The position numbers and the translations under genes were made by a program. The notes under the pieces are model-generated. The model was not told where the DNA came from, searched no databases, and saw nothing but the letters and a program-made list of their open reading frames with translations. A stretch of DNA of 62,485 bases, counting the filler, from Sphacelaria rigidula (lineage: Eukaryota), in assembly GCA_964200075.2 (NCBI GenBank). It is 9 parts of 9 records of this genome, joined end to end, with 100 filler letters (N's around TTAATTAATTAA, not from the genome) between each part and the next. Parts side by side here need not be neighbours in the genome. Positions count along the whole stretch, not along the records: positions 34,773 to 41,626 come from CAXNAA020017756.1; positions 41,727 to 48,579 come from CAXNAA020017757.1; positions 48,680 to 55,532 come from CAXNAA020017758.1; 6 more parts are not named here. One strand, written 5' to 3'. Of the stretch, positions 37,278 through 50,997 are shown piece by piece. Within the stretch, counting starts at the first letter, position 1; each line of letters begins with the position of its first letter.

Positions 37278-38834
37278 GGGGTGCTAAACGCGGGGGGGTT
37301 GCTAGCCTCCGAAAAGTGTCCGGGAGTTTGGCGACACTCTACTAACCATCCTGAACCATTGCCCCTTTTTCTTCGTTTCTTGCGATACACTTGATCTTGA
37401 TTTTAGACTACATCCTTGACAGGGAGGAATCATGCGTCAAGGTAACGCTGTTCCTTTCAGACGCCACATACACCTCCGCACCAGTGAGACATTCCGGGGT
37501 TGGTCCTTATTTCCACGTGCTTTTCAAGCCGACCCTCAAAACCTGCAGAAGAAATAATAGTTAATTGTCCGATTTTTCCTGCTAAGCGCGGGACGTGCCC
37601 TGGAAAGGGCTATAACCCAGTGGGTGTATTTGGGCTCGAAGCACACAACTAAAAAAATAGCGAAGACGCTCCGGCCTTTAGTTGGTGTGAAAATAATATC
37701 AAGAGTCCACGGTTAGAGCGAATCATCACGACTACGAATCACCAAATCCACGATTTCTTCGGCCTGATTGCCCAAAAGGGATAAAAAAATCTACCGCTGG
37801 TCCAAGGGGTATCCACGCAACTTTTGTGCCATTCCACGTGTCTGACCTGCGTGTTCCTGGGTTGCACCGCTGAAAACAAAGCCTAGGGATTGATTTGTAC
37901 GACTCGAATCAATTCTACTAAAACCAAGTAATTTTCAGACGAATCATTGATTTGTCCGACTCTTGCAAGAGTCGTTCGTTTGCTTTTTGCCTGCAAGAAG
38001 GATGTAATGACCAATACTTCTCTTGTATGCGTTCGTCGAGTAGGAGCATACTCAAAAGTACACACTCTACTCGACCTGCCCTTGAACTCTACCCTAACGT
38101 CCGCGAAGCAGAAAAATTATATGAGCACCCGGATGCATCATCGACACCTGCACAACCTAGGATTATGGCAAAAATACTTGTGGCTGGTCAGTGCCGCATG
38201 ACCACCCCGACCGCGATGACATAGATCACACTTTCAATGCAGAGCCAGAACAACCAACGCAGAGTACAGGAGTTCAGCAACATGCTGCTGTACTCTCCCA
38301 GGGTCCTTCTCATCGAACCGCATTTCCCCCCTTTTTGTTCAAATCCTCTTTCTTATAAAAACGATCGCGCTGCTTGGTCGGACACATTTTGGGGGGTAGC
38401 TACATGGCCGCGTGTGCCCTGAGCGGGTCCAAAAAATAGAAGGGTACAGTAGCACATACGTGTGCGGCATTTTGTTACCTCGTGCACCCCTGCGTCGATC
38501 ATGATCATTTGTTGGTTCAATCAAGTTAAATCAGCCCCTTTTCGAGATTGTATTTTTTTTTAAACGATCGCTGAGTGGTCGCTGCGATACCACCCGCCAC
38601 CCCAAGAAAAATCCCCAAAACGTGCCCAGAAATTCCTTCTTTAGAAAAGACCTCATGGAGCGCAGAAAAAGCACTTCCTGAAATCCTCTTTTGACGTTGG
38701 ATTTGCGGACACCTTGACGGGAAACATATACATGTCTGGTTGACTGGGGCGCACGTGCAAAGGCGTACCACACAACCCAACACAACCAGAGCTATTCCGA
38801 GGAGTTACAATACGATTTAGTTTGTTTAACATAA

Positions 38835-38950
38835 AAAGAAACTCCTGTGTTGATCTTCCTCCTGCGTGACCCCGGCTGATGCGCCCACTTATACCGAAAG
38901 GTGTAGACCGGCGTCCAGAATAGATGGGACAGCAACACACAAACGCACAA
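38835..38950 (+). mobile_element. 5'-truncated copy of the SINE
   Basis: ctcctgtgttgatcttcctcctg..gaccccggctg..gtagaccggcgtccagaatagatggg matches 36258-36350. Confidence 0.85.
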
Positions 38951-39773
38951 CATACATGCAGACGTGAAGTTTATCCGTTCAAGGCTTCGGAAACCACAAC
39001 GCTGCAATCACCACATCTTGTTGTATTGAAAATCGCTTTCCGTCGGAAGCGATGTTGAAATCATAACCACGGGTCTCAAAATAGGGAGCGATGATGAAGC
39101 ATGATGGAACATACGTATTGATGGTACATGCAGTACACAGTTGCCAGCCATAAAGGAATAACCACACCACACCACGAGCCAAGAGTGTAGCGTCGATAAG
39201 TAGTGACACATGGTGGGAGAATGAGAGAAAACGCGGGCGCAAGAAGGGCTGTAGTGAGGGAACCCACCTCCAGGCGCAAAGCTATAATCAGGTGTTTGGT
39301 GAAAACCACCCGTGACAGTAAAGAAAATCGCGCTCATCTTGGGACAGTGCGATGCGAGCTGCAGAGTCTGTCGGCAATGTGTGCAGTGCGAACAACCGGT
39401 GAGAAGTTTCGTATTGGATTTACTGTCCGTCTTGGCAGCATGTGGCGAAGGTTGACTCATATTATATCGTCTCTTGTGTACGTGGAGTGTTGTCGGTGTA
39501 TGATGCAGTTGATGGTCACAGCGAACAGTATAGGTCACGTTCTCTACAACAGTACAGCCAGTAAATACCCCGTAGTGCCGACAGAGAAGTGACTTTGGAC
39601 TTCTCCCACAGATGATTACTCCGCAGTCGGAGAGGGGTGTGGAGATAGCAACGTAATAAAAGAAGCATGCTAATCGGTCAAGAGCTCACCCGAGCAAACA
39701 GGCAGACACCCACATAATAATCGCAACAAACAGAAGCGTAAGTTACAGTCGTCATACCCTTCTGGACTTCACG

Positions 39774-40485
39774 ATCTGTGTCGTGGTAAACACTGTATCG
39801 TACGTGCTCTTTTTCAATTTGTTGAGAGAGCCAAGCAGGGCTCCGCGATGCTGCTGCAAGCCACAATCGACCGTTGCAATATTTGACTGGCAAAAACTTG
39901 TAATACCGTTCGATGTATCTTCCCACCGTATGGTGAACGACATGACCAAGAAACAACAGCAGATATAATACAGTCTTCATGAGATGTTGGTATGTTGTTC
40001 TGTTGAAGCAAACACGACGCGGTTGATGATGCGTGGGTGATGCTCCTGGGTAGTGCTGTTTTTTAATCTGTGTCGTGGTAAACACTGTATATCGCACGTG
40101 CTCTTTTTCAATTTGTTGAGAGAACCAAGCAAGAGAGAGCCAAGCAGGGCTCCGCGATGCTGCTGCAAGCCACAATCGACCGTTGCAATATTTGACAGGC
40201 AAAAACTTGTAATACCGTTCGATGTATCTTCCCACCGTATGGTGAACGACATGACCAAGAAACAACAGCAGATATAATACAGTCTTCATGAGATGTTGGT
40301 ATGTTGTTATGTTAAAGCAAACACGACGCGGTTGATGATGCGTGGGTGATGCTCCTGGGTAGTGCTGCTTTTTGATCTGTGTCGTGGTGAGCACTGTATA
40401 TCGCACGTGCTCTTTTTCAATTTGTTGAGAGAACCAAGCAAGAGAGAGCCAAGCAGGGCTCCGCGATGCTGCCGCAGGCCACAAT
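39774..40485. repeat. Near-identical tandem repeat, units of 292 and 309 bp plus a partial third unit
   Basis: ATCTGTGTCGTGGT starts at 39774, 40066 and 40375. The first unit lacks a 15-bp and a 2-bp segment. Confidence 0.95.
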
Positions 40486-40972
40486 AGAATTGTTGGTATG
40501 TTCCCATGGTACGGTGCCGCAAGCGACGAAAATAATTCCGTGGTGGATGATCGAGGCGTAGTTCAACAATTCGATAGTAAAAGCGTGTATAAAATACTGT
40601 TCCGAAAAGGATCATTTGTGACTTGGTTACAGTATGGGAAAAGCGGACACAGCCGACTTGATTGCAGCGTTGGAGCGGGGAGACATTACTCCATTAATAA
40701 ATAGGATTCAGCGTTTCAGGTGCGGAAGATGGTGCTGATCGTAAGACGACAATATCCAAGCGAGGTGGCTGGGCTGGGGCAAGCGCCGACGCGCCCATCT
40801 TCGAGTGTGGCCATCGATGGAAACATGTCACAATGGTACTCACATAGTTCAGACCCACTGTGGACGGTATAGAGGCATGGTCATCCAGCAAGATACGTTG
40901 GCAGCACACAATCTACAGCTGTACTACAGAATGGGAGTAGCACGGGTTGGCTAGCAAGGCGCCGGCGCCCCG

Positions 40973-41320
40973 CCCGGCCGTGTACCCTGGGAGCAGGCAG
41001 CACGTCGCCGTGCAGAACTGAATTAGTAGCCCCATGCGCGACTTGTACTGCCAGGCTGTATGTCGCATACGCAAGGTGCATGCCTCAAAGCACAAGAGGT
41101 GCGTTGAACAAAACGGCGATTCAAAACTGCAGAACGGCACTTAGCACGGCTCGGCCCGCCGATGCCCCACCCGGCCGTGCACCCAGCAGCAAACAGGCAA
41201 AACGTCACCGTGCAGTACTGTAGGAGTAGCCTAATCCGAGACTTGTACCACCATGATGTGTATCGCATACACAAGGAGCATACCCCGACGCGCAACGGGT
41301 ACGTTGAGCAGAACGCCGCT
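40973..41320. repeat. Degenerate ~197-bp direct repeat x2
   Basis: ccggccgtg..caggca..acgtc.ccgtgcag.actg..agtagcc..gacttgtac..tcgcatac.caagg occurs at ~40973 and ~41170. Confidence 0.75.
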
Positions 41321-44300
41321 CGCAACAGGAGATAGGATTACCATACGCATATATCCCAAGGCCTACCCAACCAAACCCCACGAGTCGTACGCCCTCAAGC
41401 AACTGGATTTTAGTTCAGTAGTCGGAAAAACGAAAACCCTCATTTTTCTATAGTGATTCTTGTCGTGGTCGCACTGGGGTAGATGCGAGGGACGGGGGGC
41501 TGTGGTTCTTGTACTGTTTTGATGAAGCCCCTTGTATATCCCGATACCTCCCTAGGGTAGATGGTGAGGCACCCATGAGGCAATGTATAAGCTGTGGCTG
41601 TCTCGGGAAGTGGCGATACCAGATAANNNNNNNNNNNNNNNNNNNNNNNNNNNNNNNNNNNNNNNNNNNNTTAATTAATTAANNNNNNNNNNNNNNNNNN
41701 NNNNNNNNNNNNNNNNNNNNNNNNNNAAAGCAGCATTTGAATAGGCGAACAACAACCTCCCCTTCTTTTTTCCGCGCCCCCCCCCCCCCCCCCCCCCCTG
41801 ACCGGGGTAGGGTAAATGCCTCATGTTGATTCAAGCTTTGCAATTTCCGTTCACGACAAATCGGCTCACATGGTATCGTGCCTTGTAGCATGTATGCACA
41901 ACCAGTATGGCATTACGGCCACACGAGCAGTTTCGTGAATTTGCAAAGTATATAGAGAGTAAAAATGACATTCTTTCACCGTTGCATCCGTGGCCATGCA
42001 TGAGATACTCTAGCAAGTGATTCGCGTTCCTAAAAGTATATGCTGTACTCGTTACTAGTTGTAGCCGACAACATCTCGATAGCTCCTGTGTATCTTTTCC
42101 GCAGGCAGTTCGTTAACTCCCATCTACTGGTTGATATCGCGTTGAGTAGTTTCACCCAGGCAACACGGCCATTACTACCTCATGTGTACCCACAGAATAT
42201 AGTCTCGAATAGACAGTACACGGCAGAGGTTCTTCCGCATGCATAGTCCGACATTCGATATTCGATGGTGATTCGGAACAGTTTTGTTCCCACAGTGAAA
42301 GCACATTACTCATGTACTGTTAGACTGAGTACAAAGTGAACGATTTCATCGAGGAGATGGTATAGTGTCCGTCTGGTGGCCTCGTGCAGGTATCTTGTCT
42401 CGCAGCCCTCTCCGTAGCTGCCCAATGGTGGCGGTGTTGAGTTGATCACCCCAGCCAGGGTGAACATGGGTAAATGGTCCCATTTCTTGAGTTATTGATG
42501 ACTGATGGTGGATCATCCTTGATTTACCGTGTTATTTCCGTTCGATAATATGGAGCGGGTAATCGAAAAGGTGTGTACATTCTGGTAGATACTGCCATAT
42601 TTGCTACACACTAGCACAATGTGCACCAGCAAGGGCTAGTTGCACTACCCACTGGTCGCACAACAGTCGAACGTGAGCAGATATCCCCCCAGCTCTCGAA
42701 CTGTCCAGCAGGGAGAACTGCAAGGGGTTTATATCCGTTTTTCATAACAGTAAACCTCCCGAATATCGATGACCTGCCCCCCCTGACCGGGGCGTACCGT
42801 GTTTCGTTCATTCAAACTTCGCAACTTCCTGTTAATGACAATTGTCTGCTCTGTCTGTTGGCAGGCGCAATTCATAATTTGATAGAGACTCGCTAAGGTA
42901 GGTCGTGATAGATTCTAGGGTTTGATAGACGGAACGTTTCGACCTTCTGCGCATCGTTGGTAGTTTTAACCGCCACCTTCTCTACATCATTTGTACCAGT
43001 TTTGAAGTACGGCCCTTCAAGCATGGCTGGCGTTGGTGAACGGCTGATGTAGCGTCACCAAAACCTGACTGCCCGTCTGGATGCGCTACGGTATTTGTCG
43101 TTAAGGTTTACAGAAGCAGCGGTACTGAATTTCAGTGCGTTTCAATACAGCTCAGTCACTCAATTATCGTGTGATAACATGGGTATGGTCCTGCGTACAT
43201 AGTCAGTTTGCCCAGATGCAAGTGTGGGGGAAATTGACAGAGGTCTGACCGTTTGGTGCACACAAGTCGGCATACTGTACTGAAGATGTACCGGGCCCGA
43301 ATCTGCATAATTAATTAGCGTGTAAAGCTCGCCTCTCATGTCAACCTTCCTGCACCCGATGCGGGTAACCCAGGTGAACGTAAAGAAGCGCGGCTATAGT
43401 GGAGTGTTCACTTGGCGTTGGCTTCAATTTGAAGACCCCTCCACAATCAGCCTGAGGACTAACCCATGGAACATATCTTGTTCCCCAACTGTCTCACAGC
43501 AAAAGCCTTCAAGCCCTCTCAGGTGTCGAAGCTTTTCCTGTCCGTTCTGTTGCGTTGCGTTCACGAATCGCGAACACTGTTTTGAATTGCATGAGCAGCG
43601 ATGCTGTCTTCGTGTTCGACCAATCTTAGTCGCATGCAGTCCTGTCTGCACTTCTGTTGAAAACTTCGTGGTTATGTGGACTCTTTCATATTCGGTGAGA
43701 CGAACAACGTTCTGTCGCGCTAGTGCTGTGCGTTGGGCACCTGTACTGTACTGTAGTTGCGACAGTCAGTGCAGTCTGCAGAAAGGATTCATTTGACATC
43801 ACCACCCCTCATTTCGGAATAGTTTAACCGTACCGGTGAAGATACCCTCATTTTGTTTCATTGTGTCCCGTGATCCCTGTTTCGTTCGAGCGCTATCGCA
43901 GATTCACAGGTATCTCACCGCAACCGTAACATGATGGCTAAAGTAAACACAACGTTGCTCCTAGAAGCTACATCGCGCGGCTATCACCAAGCGCACCGCA
44001 GCTGTTGGGTGGGGTGGATTTGACAACCGGTGCAGCGGCATAAAGACCCAAGCATCCTCATTGGGTACCTGTCTAAACAATCCAAACCACTGGATCCGGC
44101 TCTTGCTCGAAGTAGCACTCGTGTCACTCAAAGCATGAAGCGAGGTGCGGCATCTCGGTTTTTCCGCTAAAAACAAACGGGAGGGTATAACAGCAGCATC
44201 GGCTTGGTGTGTAACGCACAAATCGGCGCTCATTACTCCCAATCAACAGCTCACATCAGCAGTTGCTTGCTGTGAATACACCCTGTTTGTTTCGGGTCTC

Positions 44301-47300
44301 CGCCCCATCGCTGCAACTAAACTCTGATGACGTTCGAGGTAACACCGACCCGCTGGGCCAGTGTCGCGCATTAGCGGACAGCAATTCGGTGATGCATAGT
44401 TCATTTAACCGGTGCGGCGTTCACGTGTAACAACACAGTGTGCAACATAATGGGCGCATACAGCGCTACATTGCTCCTGCCAGCTGTATCACGCGTCAAA
44501 ACTCGTGCGTGCAGCTGCTGCATTTAACGGATACAACGTGTAGAGACTCATGCCTTCCGACATCAACTCCGCGCTTCCTGCTCAATCAAGAATAGCTGAA
44601 GATTCTGACTCTGAACTGTAAGAGCATCGAATAGAACTGCGCAGGCGGCACGCCGTTTTACTTTACCTAAATGCATCGTGCACAGGACTCGCTCATAGCC
44701 ACCTACGGGCAGGTTGTGCAGTAAGCCTGGAGCGGGTGCGGCGCTGATATCAACTCTTCTTGACAAAATATCATTTTTGTGCCGTTTTCCTTGCTACCGT
44801 ATCGCTGATTTGGGCGCGCATCCGTTTCATCTGCCTCAAGATACGTGCGTGAAGCATGGCGGTAATAACTGCACCTCCACCTCACCAGTCACGCTGTGAG
44901 CGATATCGCTACGCTAACGTTGTGGACACGCATCTTCAAGCGGCGGAAGCACACCCGAATAGGCCTTAGTCTTGAGGTTCATCTCGTGGCCTCAGCTCAT
45001 GCATCACTTCATGTTTTCTTTCTTCGGTTGAGTCTCAGTAGACATACAATATCCCGAAATCATACTGTTATTTATGTGGGTATGTGCCCACTGACTCGCG
45101 TCATGGGCGGCGCATTTACAAGCTCCACTTATTACAGCAGTACGCACGACAAACGTAAATTTCCGCCTGCAGCTGCTTCATCTTGAAGCATCTTTCTCGC
45201 AAGTGCAATTCTTTGTGGCTTCCGGTTCAGGCTATCATTCCTCTTGCTCTATTGTGCATCGTTCGGTCTATGATCCTGAGGGGATAATAATCTCGTTAAC
45301 TGATGTTATGGCATGTGGAGTTCTGCACGCGTTTCATTATAGAAGCATAGCTCTTGCCCGCTGTTGCTTGAGGCAACGAATCACAATTCACTCATTCCGT
45401 ACGTACGCGGCAGAATTGAAATCTGCGCCTGAGCACCATTGTATCTCGCAGTTATTTTTGCGGGGTACCTGTCATGGTCAAGAGTACATTGATTATTTTT
45501 AATGCGACTGATTGCGTTTCTTCACTTTACCCCAAGCGCGGTGGGAACCACTATAGCGGTCTCCGTTGCTTGATTACCTTTGTGCCGTCGTAAGCGTGAG
45601 CACAAGCGCGTCCCTCCCAGCGCGCATCATCCAGCGCGCATCATGATGGCTGATTATTTGTTTTGTCACGTGATGCCCTTGCTAACTTATGGCGAGGTGG
45701 TGAAAACGCTCATGTTTTGCTCTCTTTATTAATAAGAAAATTGAATATCTCAGTGAACATCCTCCTGAACATTTTACCTCTCCTGGCTTGAGCCGCACCG
45801 CAGATGATATGATCGAACACAATCGTCCCGGCGAGAAGCGCCATGATACAAGTAAACGGCAGTCTCCAGTTGTTGTCAGCATTTGCTTAACTCTACAGTG
45901 CAGGTTGATCACTGAACTAGGCAAACAACAAAACTTCGGTCAACGATTACGAAATTTCAACATTTCGTGTGGGACCTTTCATTCTACTTATTATTTGACT
46001 GTCATTCTTTTGTGCACGACTTCGTTCATGTTCATTTACTACAGGTCGATCCCTTCACATCTGTTCATAAAGTACTCAAGCTCCAAACCGTCTCACCGTT
46101 AACCTTGTAACAATCGTAAGCTCACAGCACGTGGGGAGACAGTCCAACGCAGTATAGTACACGTCGATCGTCAGGATATCCTTGTTCACAGCTTCAGGTG
46201 ATTCGATTCTTTTTGTTCCTTGGTGGTGTTGATAGCCAGAGTCTTCTCGAGAAGTTCTGGACACCAGGGCATCATAACATCGCATCGATTCTTAGAAAAA
46301 TCGGATTCAACCAGATGTAAGAGGCATGTTTATGTACTCCGTATCTTGACGGATCACTCAACATCCTCACCCCTTACCGCAGGTACTAGCCAGTTCCTGC
46401 GATCAGCCCTCCGGGCGCTTATCTTTGTTCCGAATCAACGGCCCATCATTGTACTGTCCCCCTTTCCACCGCATCACGCCGCGATCCATAACATAAGGTG
46501 CATGTCACTATACACAACGGCAAGTACCTCCGTCTTGGTGGAGAAAGGATCAGGAGGTGGACGGTGGCCTGTATCAATACGGATTAGTTGATAATCGTCT
46601 TGCTTTCCATGGTGGCGGGGAAGATCGCGGCCGCGGATCATGAGCGCCCCGACGTCACCCTGGGACGTAGGCTGACCGACGGCCCGGATTTTTTACACGT
46701 ATATCGCATCCATCAAGCGATGATCGTCCTGTAAGATAACCCTTGCAGCCCGTGGGAAGGTAGCGGCGCATGGGTTGACGCAGCACCTGGCATGAAGCTG
46801 ATCCTGCTTGTTGTGTTGTGTTTGCTTAGTGGACGTGGCTTCCTGCCCTGTTTTCATGAATTGTTTTTTCCTGGCAATGTGTATTGCGCTTCTGAAAGGC
46901 TTGCGCGAGCAGGCTGTTTGCCCAAAGACGCCGTTAAGGGGAGAGAGCGGGTTGCTGGCGGTTAACGAGGGCAATTTCATAAATTTGCTCGCTGCAGCTT
47001 CCTTCAACAGGAAGAAACACGCACTCCCCGCGGTCTGAACTAGCGCGCAAAACATCCTCGACTAGAAGAGAGGTGGGGGATACCACAGCGTTCGTGGGCT
47101 GAGAAAGATTCTTGACATGGAAAATGGACGGCACAAAGCCAACAGATTTTTTGCCGCGCGCAGATGTCTTCGATTACCAGGCAAAATAAGCAGCTGCGGT
47201 GTTGGAATACTTGATGGAGGGATGGCGGACGTCATGCCGGATGTGTAGATCAAGAATCACGGGTTGAATGTGGCATCAAGTAAGTGCGACACAACCACGA

Positions 47301-47996
47301 ATGATGACGTTGTTCTCGACTCATCCGAGCATGCATATATCGATACCACAGGTAAGGTTAAGCTTCGTTTGTGCGACTGCGACCCCGCAGCTGCGGAGAA
47401 AGAAAATGCGAGTGCAATTTCATGTGTGCTAAGTGGGGAAAGATTGCCACCCCGTACTATGTGGGTGCAAGGGAAGGTGCGCCTGGGATCTCGATGCACA
47501 ATCAGATTAAGTCACCGTCGGCTTAGGGCGTACGGGGTGCATACGACTCCTGTGCTAGCACAATCGGCGCAGCAGTGGCGGGCGATTTCGAAGAGTCGGC
47601 TTCTGATTATAGTTCCCCGTCAGGTACATGTTCTGTGGATGGCACAGACGGGGGCAGAGACGTCATGGACCGCTATCTGGAACAGTTTTGGTGTGCATGA
47701 CGAAATCCATGTCGCCCTGAAGCCAGTGCTGTTGTCAACGGCAATTGAATAGAGTTAACGTCCCGATTATGGAACAGTATCAATTAAGGAACCCTGTTTT
47801 TTAATCGTCCATAAGTCCGCAAAATATTGACTGTTTTCCATTCTGTTTTTTGCTGCGTGTGCACAAGAGCACGACGCTTCTGTTGAGCTACTGCACATGC
47901 CTCTCACATCAGAATGCACCATCCCACAGCACTGCAAGTAAGGGCGTGCGTGTCCTTCTCTTCAAGATCAGCTGTTTGCTCGATCGGCTGCCAAGC

Positions 47997-48490
47997 ATGC
48001 AGAGAGTAAGGGTGGACTCAGAACGTGCAGCAGAGGCCGTAGAAGTGCTACGCAGCGGTCGCATGACCTTCCATGCTACTGCAAAGACCTTTGGCATCTT
48101 CGTTGGTTTGCTGCAGAAACATGTCAGTGGTAGCGTGGGCATAGCTGGAAGGGTTGATCCGGGTACTGTACTGTCGAAGATATGCTCAAATTTGCCGCAG
48201 CTCGTCAACGGGCCTGAATAGAGATGGCCTGAGACAGACGGTTATGGAAATCTGGAGCAACACCCGACCGGTGCCACAGGACCCGACAGTAGGCTTAGGT
48301 CGAAAATGGTTCGACTTGTTCCTTCGGAGGCACCAGCGGCTAAATGAGCGCAGCAGCCGTATCTTCAAGGCCGACCGGGTGGTGCAGCCGACGAAGAAGA
48401 TCGCATGCCGGAGGTTTATGCGGCCTGTAAGGACTACGTGGACAAGGAGAAGCCAGCAACCGACCACAGATGGAACACTGACAAGACAGG
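47997..48490 (+). pseudogene. pogo/Fot1-like (Tc1/mariner superfamily) transposase N-terminal remnant
   Basis: AAEAVEVLRSGRMTFHATAKTFGI resembles a pipsqueak-type HTH. GRKWFDLFLRRHQRLNER resembles a CENP-B/Tc5-type HTH. RWNTDKTG resembles the WNxDETG start of the DDE domain. The three pieces lie in different frames. Confidence 0.75.
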
Positions 48491-48814
48491 TGCTTTACTG
48501 CCTGTCAAAAGCCGTTCCGTTTATAACAGTGTTTTCGTGAGATTTAGAGTAGATGATACGATTGAGAGTGGCTTTGATCNNNNNNNNNNNNNNNNNNNNN
48601 NNNNNNNNNNNNNNNNNNNNNNNTTAATTAATTAANNNNNNNNNNNNNNNNNNNNNNNNNNNNNNNNNNNNNNNNNNNNCCCCTGCAATGGAGAAATGAG
48701 ACTTCAACCTCGTTTTATGTTTCAACCCCAAAAATTAGGATCGGCTGTTATATATGTATACTCGTAGAAGGGAAGAATTCCCACAAGTGTTGGTCGAGGA
48801 ATTACCTCTCCACA

Positions 48815-48890
48815 TCGGCGACATCATGGGATAGCTGATACGCTGCATGAACTGCAGGTCCCGGGTTCGAACCCCGGCTTCTCCTGAAGA
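48815..48890 (+). mobile_element. Decayed tRNA-like/SINE head
   Basis: A T-arm with B box (CCGGGTTCGAACCCCGG) is present. There is no intact acceptor stem or A box. Confidence 0.4.
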
Positions 48891-49671
48891 GCGATAAGAA
48901 GCCAGGTCGGGTCAAAATAGTGGCACACATGGCGGGGGATCACAAACTACTGATGGATGACTTCAAGGCAGAGATTAAAGATCCATGGAAGAATTTTGTG
49001 TGGAGATTGTTGCCTTGGGGACCCAACAGTCGTAAAAGAAACGTGAAAATGATGTAGATCCTCACCGCTAGCTGGCGAAAGAGGTAACTCCTAAAAGTCT
49101 CGTCTCGTTAAAGGAAAGAAAGAAGAATATCATAAAGGAGGGAAGGGGAGGGGGGGGTCGATATGGGAACCACCACGCACATAGAAGGGGAAAATTTCCA
49201 CAACTGTCCGTCGAGGACTCATCTTTTCACAGATTGATTTTTTTGAGGATGATCAAAGCCACACATCATGCGACCGGAGGGTGAATTTATTTATTATTTG
49301 TATTTCTTTCGGAAAATCCGATGCTTATGAAGTTTCCCAAGGCTCATCCTCAGAAAGATCCAATCAACCAGATGATTGTCGCACTTTAACTGACCCCCCA
49401 GGGGTCCAGCCGTGGTCTCATGAAAGACGAACTCAAGAAACACGGAATTCAAGCAAGCTCTGAGGAAAAAAAAACAGGGAACAGAAAACATTAGGAACAG
49501 GAAACAAAGAAAAGAACGAGGGGTCGAACAGAACGACATAGCAGACTAAGTCGTCACAAAACAAGTAATAAAAATTCAACACAAGCAAAGCGCAGAACGA
49601 AATGGCCGACCTGAAGCAAGAAAGAGGAAAACAAGAGGAAAGTACAAATTAAATACAAACATTATAATCAG

Positions 49672-50020
49672 TTGCAACTCCAAAACAGTGTTTTTCCTGA
49701 CCTGAAGTCATGACTAATGACTTCCATGTGGACGGCTCATGCCCGCCGACCTCCTTGAAACTGGTTCTGGTGGGGGGCTTCCCGTCTTCCGTTCCTCCAA
49801 ATGGTATGTGCGCAAGCACCATTTCGGGTTAAGAGCGTTCCTTCTTTCGCCCGAAATCGACGCGACAGAGTGCTTTTGCACAAGCATAACCTTTTGGGGG
49901 TAACGGAAAACGAGAAACCCCTGATAATAAGTTCAGGGAGGTTGGGGGACATGAGGTCGTCCGTATAAAGGTCGTTTGTCATGGCTTGGGATCAGGGAAG
50001 GCACTGTTCTGGAGTTGAAA
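49672..50020. mobile_element. Palindromic element, family B
   Basis: caactccaaaacagtgtttttcctgacc..gtcatgactaatgac pairs with gtcgtttgtcatggc..gatcagggaaggcactgttctggagttg. Confidence 0.85.
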
Positions 50021-50997
50021 ATCACTTTATTGTTCAACCTCATTTTCGACAATGAAGTATTATCTCTTCTCTGCAATTAGTTGTAAAACTCTGTGTTCTT
50101 TAGCTTTCGCGCAACACCCGTCGTATTACCTGTACATCGCCCGCGCCAGGGAAACTCTGAGCAGGGCATCTTGCCAACACCAACGGTAGCCGAGCTATAG
50201 CCTTGCGATAGGGCTACATATATATTCGCTTCAACAGTCTGAGTTTGAAAAAAGTTGATATCTTCTCTCCCACGGACATCACTAGTGTACCACCTGTACA
50301 GCACTACTGTATGTACGATATACCATAGAAGTTCGAGGTTCAAGCTATTACTGTTTATCGGGGATGATTCATCCTGATAAATTTGGAGTTGACTTAATCA
50401 TCATCATCATCACTACTTACTCATATCTCCTGTGTACTATTATTATTGGTTGGGTGGGAAAGGTCCGACCGGATAGGTAAGCAACCCCATCATTGAACAA
50501 CTCAGCCGGCGACAAAAACGTTCAGAAGGAACTACTTCGTGCGTGGATGTACTTACGCCAACGCAAATCTGCTCTATGTTTCCGAAGCATATCCCAAGTT
50601 TTCCCCCGTGCGTTTGAAAGAAAGGCATGGAGGTTTTTGACTTGTGGACGATCTAACAACAAATAAAGCTGCACACAAGGTGACTGCCCCCCCTCCTTTG
50701 CGCGAGGTAGGCGAGGAGTCACGTAAAACGTGAAGGCGGAGAAGGTCGGTGTCCAAGATTTCTTGAAAATGCGATTTTTCCTTTTGTATATTCAAGTAAA
50801 GTAGCTCTAATGTTCAATGAGTTGTGAACCACTCCGATAGAAACAGAAGCAACAACACGGCCAGCGTTTTCTGAGGGAGACTCGTTTCCCTAAAAAACTC
50901 AAGACAAGTGTGCTCAGGGCTCGGGGAGAAAAGTGGGTGTTCCCGAGGCTCCCGAGCCTCGCTACCACAAGATCAGGCTATTTCAAACAAAACTCGC

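Noticed and set aside
46200..47750. Possible MULE-type transposase remnant (AYIDTTGK at ~47335)
   Set aside because: Only one short motif is present, with many stops and no other recognisable motifs.
50130..50800. Divergent minus-strand gene (exon-like pieces with GTAAGT/GTAATA donors)
   Set aside because: The plausible joins hit an early stop and give no recognisable protein.
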